Shown: piece by piece, positions 1 through 9,807 of the stretch | Layout: each line of letters opens with the position of its first letter | How positions within the stretch are numbered: the first letter of the stretch is position 1 | Origin: an uncultured Chloroflexia bacterium | GTDB lineage: Bacteria; Chloroflexota; Limnocylindria; QHBO01 | Direction: 5' to 3' | DNA length: 64,000 nucleotides | NCBI GenBank assembly: GCA_963716585.1 | Contig: CAVQTN010000004.1 | Span: 771,255 to 835,254 of the forward strand | Translations under genes and position numbers: made by a program | Notes under the pieces: model-generated | The model's database searches: none | The model's input: only the letters and a program-made list of their open reading frames with translations | Told to the model about the DNA's origin: nothing

Positions 1-407
1 TCGCGTCCGTCACGGAGCACGTGCGCTCGGGGTGCGGCTGCCGCCTGGAGCGCCTCGAGCGCGCGCTCCGATCGGAATGTGGTGACGACGTCGGCGCTGA
101 CAATCGGGATCAGCCCGCCGAGCACAAAGAGGCCGTCTCGAACCTCGCGGAGCAGGACCGCCCCGATTCCGGCCGCGGCAAGGAGCACGATGAAGGGTTC
201 GCTCATTGCCTCGAACAGCGCCTTCCACACCGAGGTGCGCTCGGGCTCCTCGAGCTCGTTGCGGCCGGCGACTGCCAGGCGTGCGGCTGCGGCCGAGGCC
301 GTCAGTCCGACGGTGGGATCGACCTCCAACTCGACCGCAGCGTCGGCGACCGGGAGCGCGTGCGCGCCGGCCGCGTCAACATCGTCCCAGGTCACGAGTT
401 CGTCCAC
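1..407 (-). CDS. P-type cation-transporting ATPase, N-terminal part (partial; runs off the window start)
   Basis: Reverse-strand translation from GTG at 405-407 gives VDELVTWDDVDAAGAHALPVADAAVELEVDPTVGLTASAAAARLAVAGRNELEEPERTSVWKALFEAMSEPFIVLLAAAGIGAVLL..., the typical N-terminus of Ca/Mg-type P-type ATPases. No stop before position 1, so it is absent from the ORF track. Confidence 0.6.
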   Translation of the reverse strand, partial: MDELVTWDDVDAAGAHALPVADAAVELEVDPTVGLTASAAAARLAVAGRNELEEPERTSVWKALFEAMSEPFIVLLAAAGIGAVLLREVRDGLFVLGGLIPIVSADVVTTFRSERALEALQAAAAPRAHVLRDGR

Positions 408-513
408 ACCACGTTGCAGAGGCTAGCGCGCCGTTTCGTTTGGTCGTCCTAACCCGTCGCGGGTTTGTGGACGACCAGCACCGATGCCTGGGCGTTGATC
501 AGCACGTTGCGGC

Positions 514-1398
514 CTAGCTGCCGAGCACGGCACGCTTCAGTCCGGCGCGCCCACGTGAACCGATGATCGCCAGATCGCTGCCCGCCTTGCCGGCCGCCAT
601 CAGGATCTCGTGCGCCGGGTCTCCGGTACGGGATTCGGCCCTCGCCTCGATACCCGCTTCCTGCAACTGGCCGGCGGCTTGGGCGGCAAGTTGCCCGTAC
701 TCCGCCTGCAGCGTCGCCAGCTCGCCGCCGTAGTCGCCGATCACCTGCGGGTACATGCTCGGCGTGATACCGGACCGCCACAGCACCGGCGGCTGCGCGA
801 TGCTGATCACGGTGGTGTCCTGGCCACACAGGAAGGGCCGTCGGGTCATCAGCGCGACCGCCTCCGTCGACTCCGGCGATCCGTCGTAGGCGAGCAGCAC
901 ACGTGCAGCCGCCGCGCGGCGCGCGACCAGGACCGGGCACGGCGCGCGGTCGACCAGCTCCGCCGACACCGAGCCGAGAAGCATCGTGGCTATTGGACCG
1001 TGGCCGCGGCTGCCAGCCACGATCAGGTCCGGGCCGAAGTCAGCTGCGACATCGAGGATCGCGTCGGCGGGCCGCCCGTAGAGCACTGCACGCTCCCCCG
1101 TGACCGCCGGCGCCACCGCCTTGGACGCCTCGTCAAGAACGCTCTCGAGGTCCTCGACGTAGGGCTGCTCCAGCGCAGCGTCCGGCGGCGGAGCACCGAG
1201 CAGCGGGAAGCCGAAATCCTGCACCGTGGTGATCACGCTGACGAACCGGATCGTGCTGCCATCCGGCCATGCCAGTCCGTTCACCAGGTCGATGGCGACC
1301 CGCGACCCGGGTGATCCGTCGACCGCCACCAGCACGCGCATGGGGTCGGGCTCGTGGCCGTCGATCGCGTCGATCCCCTCAGACGTATCGGTCATGTC
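514..1398 (-). CDS. Universal stress protein, tandem UspA domains (Rv2623-like)
   Basis: Two UspA-like halves (VLVAVDGSPGS..., GSRGHGPIATMLLGSVSAELVDRAPCPVLVAR; second half ILMAAGKAGSDLAIIGSRGRAG). Start trimmed to MTDTSEGID inside the 471-aa ORF. Confidence 0.75.
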   Translation of the reverse strand, partial: DMTDTSEGIDAIDGHEPDPMRVLVAVDGSPGSRVAIDLVNGLAWPDGSTIRFVSVITTVQDFGFPLLGAPPPDAALEQPYVEDLESVLDEASKAVAPAVTGERAVLYGRPADAILDVAADFGPDLIVAGSRGHGPIATMLLGSVSAELVDRAPCPVLVARRAAAARVLLAYDGSPESTEAVALMTRRPFLCGQDTTVISIAQPPVLWRSGITPSMYPQVIGDYGGELATLQAEYGQLAAQAAGQLQEAGIEARAESRTGDPAHEILMAAGKAGSDLAIIGSRGRAGLKRAVLGS

Positions 1399-1605
1399 AG
1401 CATTCTCCAGTCCGGCGCTGCCGAGGCGCGCCGGCAGCTGCACCTCGCTCATGGTCAAGACTGGCGCAGCGCCCCCTTGTTGGGAACGGCCATTCGGCCC
1501 GGTGGCGAGTGACCTCCGGCAGTCGACGAACGTCTCGGCCATAACCGATGCTCCATGCAGGCACCGCAGCCATTCGATCGCCGCGGCGAAGCAGGAGGAA
1601 ACACG

Positions 1606-2025
1606 ATGACGACGACAATGTCGACCGACCTCCGCGTCGGCGACGTGATGAGCTTCAACCCGGTGATGATCGGTCCTGACGCGCCGGTCGCCGAGGCCGA
1701 GCGGCTGATCAAGACCTATCGGGTGTCCGGCCTGCCTGTGGTCGAGGACGGCCTCGCCATTGGCGTGGTGAGCCAGACGGATCTCACCGTCGCTCACTCG
1801 AGTGAGCTGGTCAGCGCGAACTGGGAACGTATGCGTGTCCGGCACCTGATGACCGTGCCGCCGGTCTGCGTGCACATCGGGACCTCCGCCGAGTATGCAG
1901 CGCGGCTCATGCTGACGCGGCACATTCATCGGCTGGTGGTGGTCGACGATGACGATCGCGCGATCGGCGTCGTCAGCTCGCTCGACCTATTGCGAATGCT
2001 GGTGGACGACCCGGACCTGCTGTAG
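1606..2025 (+). CDS. CBS-pair domain protein (Hrp1 / hypoxic response protein-like)
   Basis: Two CBS motifs (VGDVMSFNPVMIGPD..., VRHLMTVPPVCVHIG...GVVSSLDLLRML). GGAGGA RBS 8 nt upstream of ATG 1606. Divergent from the UspA gene. Confidence 0.75.
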   Translation: MTTTMSTDLRVGDVMSFNPVMIGPDAPVAEAERLIKTYRVSGLPVVEDGLAIGVVSQTDLTVAHSSELVSANWERMRVRHLMTVPPVCVHIGTSAEYAARLMLTRHIHRLVVVDDDDRAIGVVSSLDLLRMLVDDPDLL

Positions 2026-2211
2026 GCGCCTCGGCACGTCGGCTGGCAGCGATCTCGAGCGGGCCTTCGACTGCCCTACCTCATCCGTTTCGAAGACGGT
2101 GTTGCACCGATGGCAGCGTCCCGATTGCCGACGGGCTTCATCGAACGCGAGGCGAATCCTGCAACGCAGGACGCGGCGGCGCCGCTCCGGGCTGGCCACT
2201 TCATCAGGGCG

Positions 2212-2646
2212 TCACCAGGTCGGCCCGTGGTACGTCGCGCGTTCTCGGCGCGCGTCGCGCACCTTGGCCGTTGCGTGCGGCCCGCGGAACGCGTGCTCGA
2301 TGGCTTCCACCAAGCTCGCGCGCGTCGGCGCCACGACCGGATCGTTCAACTCGGCGGCCTGACTGCCGGCCGAGTGATGCCCCGCCGACGACGTCACCAC
2401 CAGTGGCTTGTCGCCGTGCAGGCGCATGAGCTCATCGACGAGGTCCGGGTGCATCGCGTCCCAGCGGTCGTAGAGCAGCACGTCGGCCGCCTCCACCTGC
2501 CAGCACGGCTGCCCGCGCAGGACCGGGCAGGGGCCGCCGCCGATCGGTCCGGCGCACTGATCGACCTCATACCCGGCGCGGCGCAGCTCGTCGCCCTCGA
2601 TGTCCGCCACGTTAGCGTCGTGGTACACGAGGAGTACACGCGTCAT
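2212..2646 (-). CDS. Atypical receiver (CheY-like) domain protein
   Basis: MTRVLLVYHDANVAD...DVLLYD...PLVVTSSAG resembles a REC fold with degenerate acidic pocket. Confidence 0.35.
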   Translation of the reverse strand: MTRVLLVYHDANVADIEGDELRRAGYEVDQCAGPIGGGPCPVLRGQPCWQVEAADVLLYDRWDAMHPDLVDELMRLHGDKPLVVTSSAGHHSAGSQAAELNDPVVAPTRASLVEAIEHAFRGPHATAKVRDARRERATYHGPTW

Positions 2647-3032
2647 CGTCGCCGCCTCCTTTCCTCGCCGCGGCTGCCTACGTCGAGATGGTGGCTACGC
2701 CCGCGAGATGTCAGTCAGGATCGGTCCACGCGCAAGCCGGCGCCAGAGCCGAATGTCACGCTCTGGCAGGACGAGTCGCCCGGTGACAGTGGCCCGTCAA
2801 GGCACACCGCGAATCGCCGGTGATGCGTGGAGTTTTGGCTGGTCCACCGGACGCGACAGCCAACAGCGTAACCGTGACCGACGGACGTCGGCCTGGTGGC
2901 CGCGCAGGCGCAAGGTCTTGGAGAAACCGCGATCCAGAATCCGAGGAGGCGCGCCGATGAAGGCTGTATCGCCGGCCTGGCGACTATCCCAGTACTCGGC
3001 AGAGTCCGTGCCGGGTGGTCGCATCGGTCATG

Positions 3033-3791
3033 TCACCTGGCCGTCCAGCCGCCGTCGACGTAGACCTCCGATCCGGTCATGTATGACGCGAGATCGCTGG
3101 CCACGAAGACGATCACGTTCGCGACCTCCTCGGCGCGGCCCCAACGGCCCATGGGCGTCGAATCCAGGATCGCTTGCTCGGTCGGCGTGCCCTTCAGCTC
3201 TTCGACCAGCGGCGTGTCGATGAACCCCGGATGTATCGAGTTGACCCGGATACCCTCTTTCGCGTAGCGAATCGCGGCGTTCTTGGTCATCAGCCGCACG
3301 GCGCCCTTGCTGGCGTGGTACGCGATGGATGCGCCGAAACCACCGACCGCTCCGAAGATCGAGCTGACGTTGACGATCGACCCGCCGCCGCCTTGACGCA
3401 TCTTCGGGACTGCTGCCTTCATCCCGAGCCAGACGCCTTGCTGGTTGATGGCTATCGTCCGGTCCCAACCTTCGAGGGTCTCCTGCTCGACGTCGGCCAT
3501 GGATCCGATGCCGGCGTTGTTGACGAGGATGTCGAGCCGCCCAAAGTCGCTCACCGTCCGCTCGGCCAGGTTCCGCCACCCGTCCTCATCGGTCACGTCG
3601 AGGTGAGCGTACGTCACTGAAGCTCCGTTGCCAGAGAGCTCGCGCGCAAGCGCCTCCCCCTCGTCATCCAGGATGTCCGTTGCGACGACCGTCGCGCCCT
3701 CGAGCACCAGCGACCTCACCGCTGCGTTCCCGATGCCGCGAGCGGCGCCCGTCACGATCGCGACCTTTCCTCGCAGTCTCTGTTCCATTGC
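3033..3791 (-). CDS. SDR family NAD(P)-dependent oxidoreductase
   Basis: GKVAIVTGAARGIG Rossmann motif, NNAGI, YxxxK (YHASKGAV). Start trimmed to MEQRLRGK. Confidence 0.8.
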   Translation of the reverse strand, partial: AMEQRLRGKVAIVTGAARGIGNAAVRSLVLEGATVVATDILDDEGEALARELSGNGASVTYAHLDVTDEDGWRNLAERTVSDFGRLDILVNNAGIGSMADVEQETLEGWDRTIAINQQGVWLGMKAAVPKMRQGGGGSIVNVSSIFGAVGGFGASIAYHASKGAVRLMTKNAAIRYAKEGIRVNSIHPGFIDTPLVEELKGTPTEQAILDSTPMGRWGRAEEVANVIVFVASDLASYMTGSEVYVDGGWTAR

Positions 3792-3866
3792 CTCGTTGCC
3801 TCCAATGAGATCGTGGCCCGACGCGTTGGGCTGCCGGGCGACGCGCCCATCGTCAAGCGCCATTCT

Positions 3867-4358
3867 TCAACGTCCCCGCGCTGACCCGGCCAGCTGCCGG
3901 GCATCTGCCGACGCTGCCACCTGCTCAGCAAGCCACGCTGCCCAGGCGGCCGCTCGCTGCTCCTCGCCCGGCTCGAGCTCGGGCTTCAACGTCACGATGA
4001 AGCTTTCGGGTTCGGCGATCATGCGGGCGCCATCGGCCCGCAGTCGCTCGGCGATCTTCGCCGCCGCCGAGCCGGACAGCAGCTTCGGCCAGTGGACGCG
4101 GGTGTCGAAGGCCGCCGCCTGCAGACCGCTGAAGCTGCCTTTCGGAAGCCGATCGAAGAGCCTCTTGACCTCCGCGGTCATGCCGTGACCCTCGGTCGGC
4201 CCCCCGAGAAACAGCAGATCGACGGAAACCGGCAGTGCGACGACTCCCTCTGCGTCCACGAGGTCAACCCGTCCACGACTCTCGATCGCGGCAGCGATCG
4301 AGCCTGCGATCCAGCGCGTATTTCCCGAGTGCGATGCGTAGATGACGAGACTGTTCAT
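3867..4358 (-). CDS. Flavodoxin-like protein
   Basis: MNSLVIYASHSGNTRWIAGSIAAAI..., a flavodoxin FMN-binding N-terminus. Start trimmed from the 262-aa ORF. Confidence 0.65.
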   Translation of the reverse strand: MNSLVIYASHSGNTRWIAGSIAAAIESRGRVDLVDAEGVVALPVSVDLLFLGGPTEGHGMTAEVKRLFDRLPKGSFSGLQAAAFDTRVHWPKLLSGSAAAKIAERLRADGARMIAEPESFIVTLKPELEPGEEQRAAAWAAWLAEQVAASADARQLAGSARGR

Positions 4359-4506
4359 GACGTCCCTCCTGTGACGCCTAGCTCGACCGGCGTCCAACTC
4401 CATCACCTTCCAAGCCGATGCTGTGACGCGGCCTGACGTCGAACCAGTGCCGATCGTTGTGGAACGCGGTGACATTCGGATCTCCCGCCAACTGACCGTG
4501 CGGGCG

Positions 4507-4959
4507 CTACGGAGTCCAGTCGCGCTCCCGTGGATCGTCGAGAACGCCGCATTCCGGGCACGCCGTTGCGAGGAACCTGAACCACTCCGCGACGGCGTGA
4601 GCATTGGGCAGGCCGCTGGGATCGACCGCATCGACCGCGTCATAGACCTGGCCATATCGGTCCACGATCAGCACCCGATGAGGGCGCTCACCGTCACGGT
4701 CAACGAGGACCAGCCGGCCATCCCATGCGGCGAACTCGGCGCTGGCTGCACCAAGGGCGGCAACGTATGCGCCAAGATCGTTGCCACCGGGCAGCACGAA
4801 GGCCGTCGCGTCCAGGCGGCGGACGGCGCCGAAGTCGACAATCGCCGGCGGCAGGATGTCTCCGATCCGGGCGCCCCGAACGAGCGACGCCAGCCGACCG
4901 GCTTCGACGCGCAGCGTCAAATGAGCTCGACCATCAGCTCGGGGAGGATGTCGACGCAT
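4507..4959 (-). CDS. Hypothetical protein (possible thioredoxin-like fold, C-terminal CPEC)
   Basis: ORF only. Start uncertain (no internal Met). Overlaps the small ORF 4917-5105. Confidence 0.3.
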   Translation of the reverse strand: MRRHPPRADGRAHLTLRVEAGRLASLVRGARIGDILPPAIVDFGAVRRLDATAFVLPGGNDLGAYVAALGAASAEFAAWDGRLVLVDRDGERPHRVLIVDRYGQVYDAVDAVDPSGLPNAHAVAEWFRFLATACPECGVLDDPRERDWTP

Positions 4960-5197
4960 CGGTCAGGGTCGCTTGTCCCTACCTCGTCGATGAGCCCGCA
5001 CGCCCACGGCGTCAGCATCGGGCTGCCGGAGTGCGCGGTCGTATCGGCGCCGGCCTCGGCATCGGCGTCATCGGAGACTGCGTCGGGGGTGGTGAGAATC
5101 AACATGTTGAACGCTCCTCTGTGTGCAGTCCCATGTGAACAGGCGACGAGGCCCGGCGACAGGGCCGCATGGCTCGGTTCGTCGGGCCATGGGGCAC

Positions 5198-5671
5198 TCA
5201 GGCCGGCTGTGCCACTTCCGCGACCGCCGTCCGCCCGATGCGGACGCGCCAGACCTGTGGTCCCTCCTCGAGGTAGTCCCAGCTGAATGTGCCACCCTGC
5301 TCCGCTGCGAACTGGTAGTAGAGCGGCTTGGGATCGTGGTCGTTGACCAGCACGAAGGCCGATCCGACCGCCAACTTGTCGAAGGTCTCGAAGATCAGCG
5401 CATGCCGTCGGATGGGCGGTTCAGTGCGCACGTCCAGTACAAGGTCCTCGCTCACCAGGGTGCTCCTCTCTGCTGTCTGCGCGGCTTCGACCCGCGCCAG
5501 GTGATGCATCACGCCATCGATGCGGGATGCGATACGCGGCTCGTCGCGCCGCACGCTCACGTAGGCCTCGGCGGCCAGTCGATTGGCCGCCTGGGGCTGA
5601 CCGGCGGTGCCAAGCCGTCGCAGGGCCTTGATGAGCACCCCGGCCAGCCCATCGGCGGCTGAATCGGTCAT
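5198..5671 (-). CDS. DUF2249 domain protein (hemerythrin-associated)
   Basis: LDVRTEPPIRRHALIFETFDKLAVGSAFVLVNDHDPKPLYYQF matches DUF2249. ATGA overlap with the upstream hemerythrin gene. Confidence 0.65.
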   Translation of the reverse strand: MTDSAADGLAGVLIKALRRLGTAGQPQAANRLAAEAYVSVRRDEPRIASRIDGVMHHLARVEAAQTAERSTLVSEDLVLDVRTEPPIRRHALIFETFDKLAVGSAFVLVNDHDPKPLYYQFAAEQGGTFSWDYLEEGPQVWRVRIGRTAVAEVAQPA

Positions 5672-6138
5672 GCGCTGTGCGCCTCGCCAAGCAGCTCATG
5701 CATGCCGCCCAGCAGCACGACCAGGTCGGCGTGCTCATCGGCGACCAGCGCCGGAATGAGCAGGTCGTTCTCTTTGGAGAGGTGCGAATCGAACAGCGCC
5801 AGGATGGCGCTCGACAGCGCGACTGCCTGGATTGCATCGGTCGCCCGCCGAAAGGCATCGACGTGTGTCACCAGGTTGCGATGCTCGTCCCGCATGGCGT
5901 GCACGAGCATCGCGGTCAGACCGCGATCGCCTTCCGGGTACAGCGCCTGCTCCTCGGCCAGCGCGTGTGGCAGCAGATCGTGCTCGAGGTACTCGAGCAC
6001 CGCGCGCTGCTGGTCGACATGATCCTGCCGCGCCTGAACCGCCGCGCCGAGCGCCGCCACGCGTTGTCTGAGCGTCGTCGCCATCTCGTCATGGTGGGCG
6101 CGCATCGCATCGGCCGCCTGCTGCTCGTTCATCGTCAT
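5668..6138 (-). CDS. Hemerythrin HHE cation-binding domain protein
   Basis: His/Glu-rich helices (HHDEM...EHDLLPHALAEEQALYPE...HAMRDEHRNL...FDSHLSKENDLLIPAL) typical of hemerythrin-like NO/O2-stress proteins. Confidence 0.6.
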   Translation of the reverse strand: MTMNEQQAADAMRAHHDEMATTLRQRVAALGAAVQARQDHVDQQRAVLEYLEHDLLPHALAEEQALYPEGDRGLTAMLVHAMRDEHRNLVTHVDAFRRATDAIQAVALSSAILALFDSHLSKENDLLIPALVADEHADLVVLLGGMHELLGEAHSA

Positions 6139-6173
6139 CGCTGCTGGCTCCTTGGCCGGGTGGTTGGGGACAC

Positions 6174-6203
6174 TTGATATTTACGCCTACTTCCGTGCAA
6201 AAT
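6174..6203 (+). promoter_or_regulatory. Candidate sigma70-like promoter (TTGATA-18-CAAAAT) giving a leaderless regulator transcript
   Basis: TTGATA at 6174-6179 and CAAAAT at 6198-6203, 6 nt before ATG 6210. Shared divergent region with the hemerythrin gene. Confidence 0.25.
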
Positions 6204-6209
6204 GCAACC

Positions 6210-6866
6210 ATGCATCTCGAGCAACAGCACCATCGCGTCCTCGCCGGCGTCAGCAGGTCCCGCCTGCTGGCCGTCCTGCGCCGATCCGCGCAACCGATGG
6301 GCGTCCGCGAGCTGGCCGATGCCGTCGATCTCCATCCGAACACCGCGCGCGAGCACCTGGACCTGCTGGTCCGGGCCGGGCTGATCACACGAAGGTCAGC
6401 CGCGCCGACCGGCCGCGGCCGTCCCGGGCTGCGCTACATGGCCGAGCCGGTCGCCGCGGAGGCCGATCCCAACGCCTACCGTGCGCTGGCAGCTGTCCTG
6501 ACGAACGAGCTCGTGCAGCGGCCGGATGCCCGAGACGCGGCGATCAGCGCCGGCGAGCGCTGGGGCCGGACGGTGACCGATCCGGCGCTTGGTGCCACAG
6601 CACCAGAGGCCATCGGCCGCCTGATCGCGCTGCTCGATGACGCGGGCTTCGCGCCCGAGCCGTCGACCGATCCGGCCCAGCCCATCCGTCTGCGGCACTG
6701 CCCCTTCGAGCCGCTGGCCCGCGAACACGCCAACGTGGTGTGCGGCGTACACCTTGGGCTGATGCGCGGAGCGCTTCGCGCGATGGGCGCGCCGCTCGAG
6801 GCGGTCAGCCTCGAGCCGTATGTCGCGCCGGATCTCTGCCTGGCCCACATCGAGGGGACACGATGA
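6210..6866 (+). CDS. Winged-HTH (ArsR-like) transcriptional regulator with C-terminal Cys pair
   Basis: LLAVLRRSAQPMGVRELADAVDLHPNTAREHLDLLVRAGLI HTH. C-terminal CPFEPLAREHANVVCGVH. Start at second in-frame ATG (an alternative TTG start sits at 6174). Confidence 0.55.
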   Translation: MHLEQQHHRVLAGVSRSRLLAVLRRSAQPMGVRELADAVDLHPNTAREHLDLLVRAGLITRRSAAPTGRGRPGLRYMAEPVAAEADPNAYRALAAVLTNELVQRPDARDAAISAGERWGRTVTDPALGATAPEAIGRLIALLDDAGFAPEPSTDPAQPIRLRHCPFEPLAREHANVVCGVHLGLMRGALRAMGAPLEAVSLEPYVAPDLCLAHIEGTR

Positions 6867-7201
6867 CCGGCATGGACGTCGCCGAACTGCTCGCCACGCC
6901 CGTGCCCGAAGCGGTGCTGACCGAGGCACTGCGCACCGTGATCGATCCGGAGCTGGGCGTGAACATCATCGACCTCGGGCTGGTCTACGCCGCCGAGGTG
7001 CTCGACGGACAGGCCCGCATCCTGATCACCACCACCACGCCGGCCTGTCCGCTCGGCCCGTACCTCACCGACGGCATCCGCTGGGCGCTGCTCAACCTGG
7101 ATGGCGTGCTGGACGTCAGCGTCGACGTCACGTACGAGCCGCTGTGGTCGCCCGACCTGATGACCGATTTCGCCAAGGAGCAGCTGGGCTGGCGGCAATG
7201 A
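6863..7201 (+). CDS. DUF59 / MIP18-family Fe-S cluster assembly protein (SufT-like)
   Basis: VIDPELGVNIIDLGLVY...TTPACPL matches DUF59. Stop overlaps the next start (ATGA). Confidence 0.7.
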   Translation: MTGMDVAELLATPVPEAVLTEALRTVIDPELGVNIIDLGLVYAAEVLDGQARILITTTTPACPLGPYLTDGIRWALLNLDGVLDVSVDVTYEPLWSPDLMTDFAKEQLGWRQ

Positions 7202-8340
7202 TCGAGCGTCGCAGCCTCGCCCTGGTGGCGCTCGGTGGCCTGTCGATGCTGGCCGGACTGACCGGCGCCCTCGTGCTGCTCGGCCTCCGAACGCCCGATG
7301 CCGCGGTTCACCTCGCCGCCGCGCACGGGCTGCTGATGGCGCTCGGCTTCCTGGGCACCATGATCGCCCTCGAGCGCGCCGTCGCGCTGGGAGCCACCTG
7401 GGCGTACTTCGCACCGCTGGCCGCCGGCCTGGCCGCCGTCGCGCTGATCCTTGACGCCCCGGACCTCGTCTCTGGGGCGCTGCTGCTGGCCGGTGGCGCC
7501 GCGTTCGTGGCCATGTACGTCGCCTTCGACCGCATCGAGGTCTCACTGCACACGCGCCTGCAGGCCGTGGGTGCCATCGCCTGGCCGGTCGCCGCGCTGC
7601 TGTGGCTGAGCGGCCGGCCGGTCAGCGTCATGGTCCCCTGGCTGGCCGCATTCCTGGTCCTCGTCATCGCGGGCGAGCGGCTCGAGCTCTCGCGCCTCGG
7701 CCAGCTTGCCCCCAGGGCGCGAGCGACATTCATCGCTGCCGCCGGGCTGTTCTCCCTCGGCGTGCTGCTGACCCTGTGGCAGGCCGATCTCGGGTTGCGC
7801 CTCGCCGGCATCGGCCTGCTGACCATGACCGGCTGGCTGGCGACGCACGACCTTGCCCGGCGGACCGTCCGCATGCGAGGCGTCACCCGCTTCATCGCCC
7901 TGTGCCTGCTCATCGGCTACGCCTGGATGGCGGCCGCCGGATTGATCTGGATCGGCTTCGGCGCCAGCGCGGGCGGCGGCGCCTACGACGCCGGGCTGCA
8001 TGCCCTCTTCCTGGGCTTCGTGATGTCCATGGTCTTCGGCCACGCCGCGGTCATCGTGCCGGCGGTCCTGCGCGTCGCGCTTCCCTACCACCCGCGCTTC
8101 TACGCCCATCTGGCGCTGCTCCACGCCGGGCTGCTGCTGCGCCTGGTCGGCGGCGACCTGCTGGGGTTGCCGCCGCTGTGGCAGGCTGGTGGCGTGCTGA
8201 ACGTCCTGGCGCTGCTCCTCTTCGTCGGCTCGTCGGCGACCGCTGTCGTCCAGGGCCTGGCCGCCCGCCGCCCGCCACCCGGTCGACGTGTTCATGCAAC
8301 GATCCATGCCTTGCGCCGTCAGCCGGTGCGCATTGACTGA
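7198..8340 (+). CDS. NnrS-family heme-copper membrane protein (NO-response)
   Basis: 380 aa, about 12 predicted TM helices, conserved His pairs. Context with hemerythrin, DUF2249 and DUF59 is typical of nnrS loci. Confidence 0.45.
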   Translation: MIERRSLALVALGGLSMLAGLTGALVLLGLRTPDAAVHLAAAHGLLMALGFLGTMIALERAVALGATWAYFAPLAAGLAAVALILDAPDLVSGALLLAGGAAFVAMYVAFDRIEVSLHTRLQAVGAIAWPVAALLWLSGRPVSVMVPWLAAFLVLVIAGERLELSRLGQLAPRARATFIAAAGLFSLGVLLTLWQADLGLRLAGIGLLTMTGWLATHDLARRTVRMRGVTRFIALCLLIGYAWMAAAGLIWIGFGASAGGGAYDAGLHALFLGFVMSMVFGHAAVIVPAVLRVALPYHPRFYAHLALLHAGLLLRLVGGDLLGLPPLWQAGGVLNVLALLLFVGSSATAVVQGLAARRPPPGRRVHATIHALRRQPVRID

Positions 8341-8358
8341 TCTGAAAGGAACGGGATT

Positions 8359-9099
8359 GTGACAACCACCGCGGCGTGGCCTGTCTTCGAGGCGGCGCTG
8401 ATCGAGCGCGAGCCGGTCGCCGATCGAACGATGAGCTTCCGCTGGGCGAAACCCGCTGACTGGACCTACCGGGCCGGGCAGTTCATCGACATCACCCTGC
8501 ACGACCCGCCCGAGACGGACGCCGAGGGCGACACGCGCGGCTTCTCGATCTCGAGCGCGCCGTGCGAAGACGTGATCCAGATCACGACGCGGCTGCGCGA
8601 CACCGCCTTCAAGCGTGTCCTGCAGAAGGTTCCCCTCGGAACCAGCATGAAGCTGGAGGGTCCGTTCGGAGACCTGCGATTTCATCACGCGGCCCGGCCC
8701 GCGGTGCTGCTGGCGGGTGGCATCGGTGTCACGCCGTTCCGCAGCATGCTGATCGAGCAGATCCGCTGCGGGTCGCTGCCCTACCCGGTGGTGCTCTTCC
8801 ACGCGAACCACCGACCGGAGGACGCGCCGTTCGCGGACGAGCTCAAGGCCCTGGCGGATGCCGAGCCGATGTTCTCGTTCGTGCCGACCATGACCGCCAT
8901 GCAGCCCTCACAACAGGCGTGGGACGGGGAGCAGGGTCATCTCGATGCCCAGATGCTGCGCCGGCACCTCGACGGGGTCGATCAACCGATCTACTACATC
9001 GCAGGCCCCGGGGGGATGGTGCAGGCGTTGAGCGCCATGCTCGTCTCTGCCGACGTCGACGAGGACGACATCCGAACGGAGGTGTTCACCGGCTACTAG
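8359..9099 (+). CDS. FNR-like FAD/NAD(P)-binding oxidoreductase
   Basis: RAGQFIDITL...GFSISS (FAD RxYS-like), LLAGGIGVTPFRSM (NAD GGxGxxP), IYYIAGPGGMV. Confidence 0.7.
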   Translation: MTTTAAWPVFEAALIEREPVADRTMSFRWAKPADWTYRAGQFIDITLHDPPETDAEGDTRGFSISSAPCEDVIQITTRLRDTAFKRVLQKVPLGTSMKLEGPFGDLRFHHAARPAVLLAGGIGVTPFRSMLIEQIRCGSLPYPVVLFHANHRPEDAPFADELKALADAEPMFSFVPTMTAMQPSQQAWDGEQGHLDAQMLRRHLDGVDQPIYYIAGPGGMVQALSAMLVSADVDEDDIRTEVFTGY

Positions 9100-9165
9100 G
9101 ACGTGCTCACGACGGAGTTCATCACGCGATTGGCCGCCGGGGCGGCGGCAGGCAGGAGACACACC

Positions 9166-9717
9166 ATGGCGATTGATTTCATGACCAAGACCACGCATCC
9201 CGAGACTTCGGTGGCAGACACGGTGACCGACGGGCCCTCAGCGCAACGACTGAACTACAGCCACACGCTGCCCGAGGCGACCCGCGCCATGCAGGGGTTG
9301 GAGGACGTCGTCAAGGCGAGCACGCTCGAGCCGAAGCTGCGCGAACTGGTCAAGCTGCGCTCGTCGCTGATCAATGGCTGTGCCTACTGCGTGGACATGC
9401 ACACCAAGGACGCGGTCGCCATCGGCGAGACCGAACAGCGCCTGCATTTCGTATCGGTCTGGCAGGAGGCCCCGGTCTTCAGTGCGCGTGAACGAGCCGC
9501 CCTGGCCTGGACCGATGCGCTGACGCGCATCGCCGACACCGGCGCGCCCGATGACGCCTACGCTGCAGTCTCCCGCGAATTCAGCCCCGTCGAGCAGGTG
9601 GCGCTTACACTGGCAATCGTGGCCATCAACGGCTGGAACCGGCTGGCCATCGGCTTCCGCACCCCGGCTGGCTCCTACGTCACACACCGCCACCAGCGGC
9701 CTGACAACGCCGGCTGA
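9166..9717 (+). CDS. Carboxymuconolactone decarboxylase family (AhpD-like) protein
   Basis: LRELVKLRSSLINGCAYCVDMHTKDA, the CMD/AhpD CxxC core. AGGAGA RBS. Confidence 0.75.
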   Translation: MAIDFMTKTTHPETSVADTVTDGPSAQRLNYSHTLPEATRAMQGLEDVVKASTLEPKLRELVKLRSSLINGCAYCVDMHTKDAVAIGETEQRLHFVSVWQEAPVFSARERAALAWTDALTRIADTGAPDDAYAAVSREFSPVEQVALTLAIVAINGWNRLAIGFRTPAGSYVTHRHQRPDNAG

Positions 9718-9740
9718 CGTCTCCGACGCTCGTCGAAGCC

Positions 9741-9772
9741 GAGCGGCGAGGCCAGGTCCCAGCTCGCCGCTC
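9741..9772 (+). terminator. Putative intrinsic terminator hairpin
   Basis: gagcggcgag-N12-ctcgccgctc 10-bp perfect stem just after the AhpD-like stop. Confidence 0.35.
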
Positions 9773-9807
9773 CGGTACGGCAACCGAACGCCACAACGAG
9801 GGATGAT

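Noticed and set aside
1399-1605. Looked for a canonical DosR box (GGGACT-N-AGTCCC) in the UspA/CBS divergent promoter
   Set aside because: Only weak half-site resemblance (GGGAACGGCCATTCGGCCC) seen by eye. Not reported as a site; needs a PWM scan.
2110-2823. 237-aa plus-strand ORF overlapping the receiver-like gene
   Set aside because: Arg-rich low-complexity translation antisense to a better-supported ORF.
4917-5105. 62-aa ORF between DUF2249 and the thioredoxin-like gene
   Set aside because: Overlaps the 5' end of the 4507-4959 ORF, and no family resemblance. Cannot decide which of the two overlapping readings is real.
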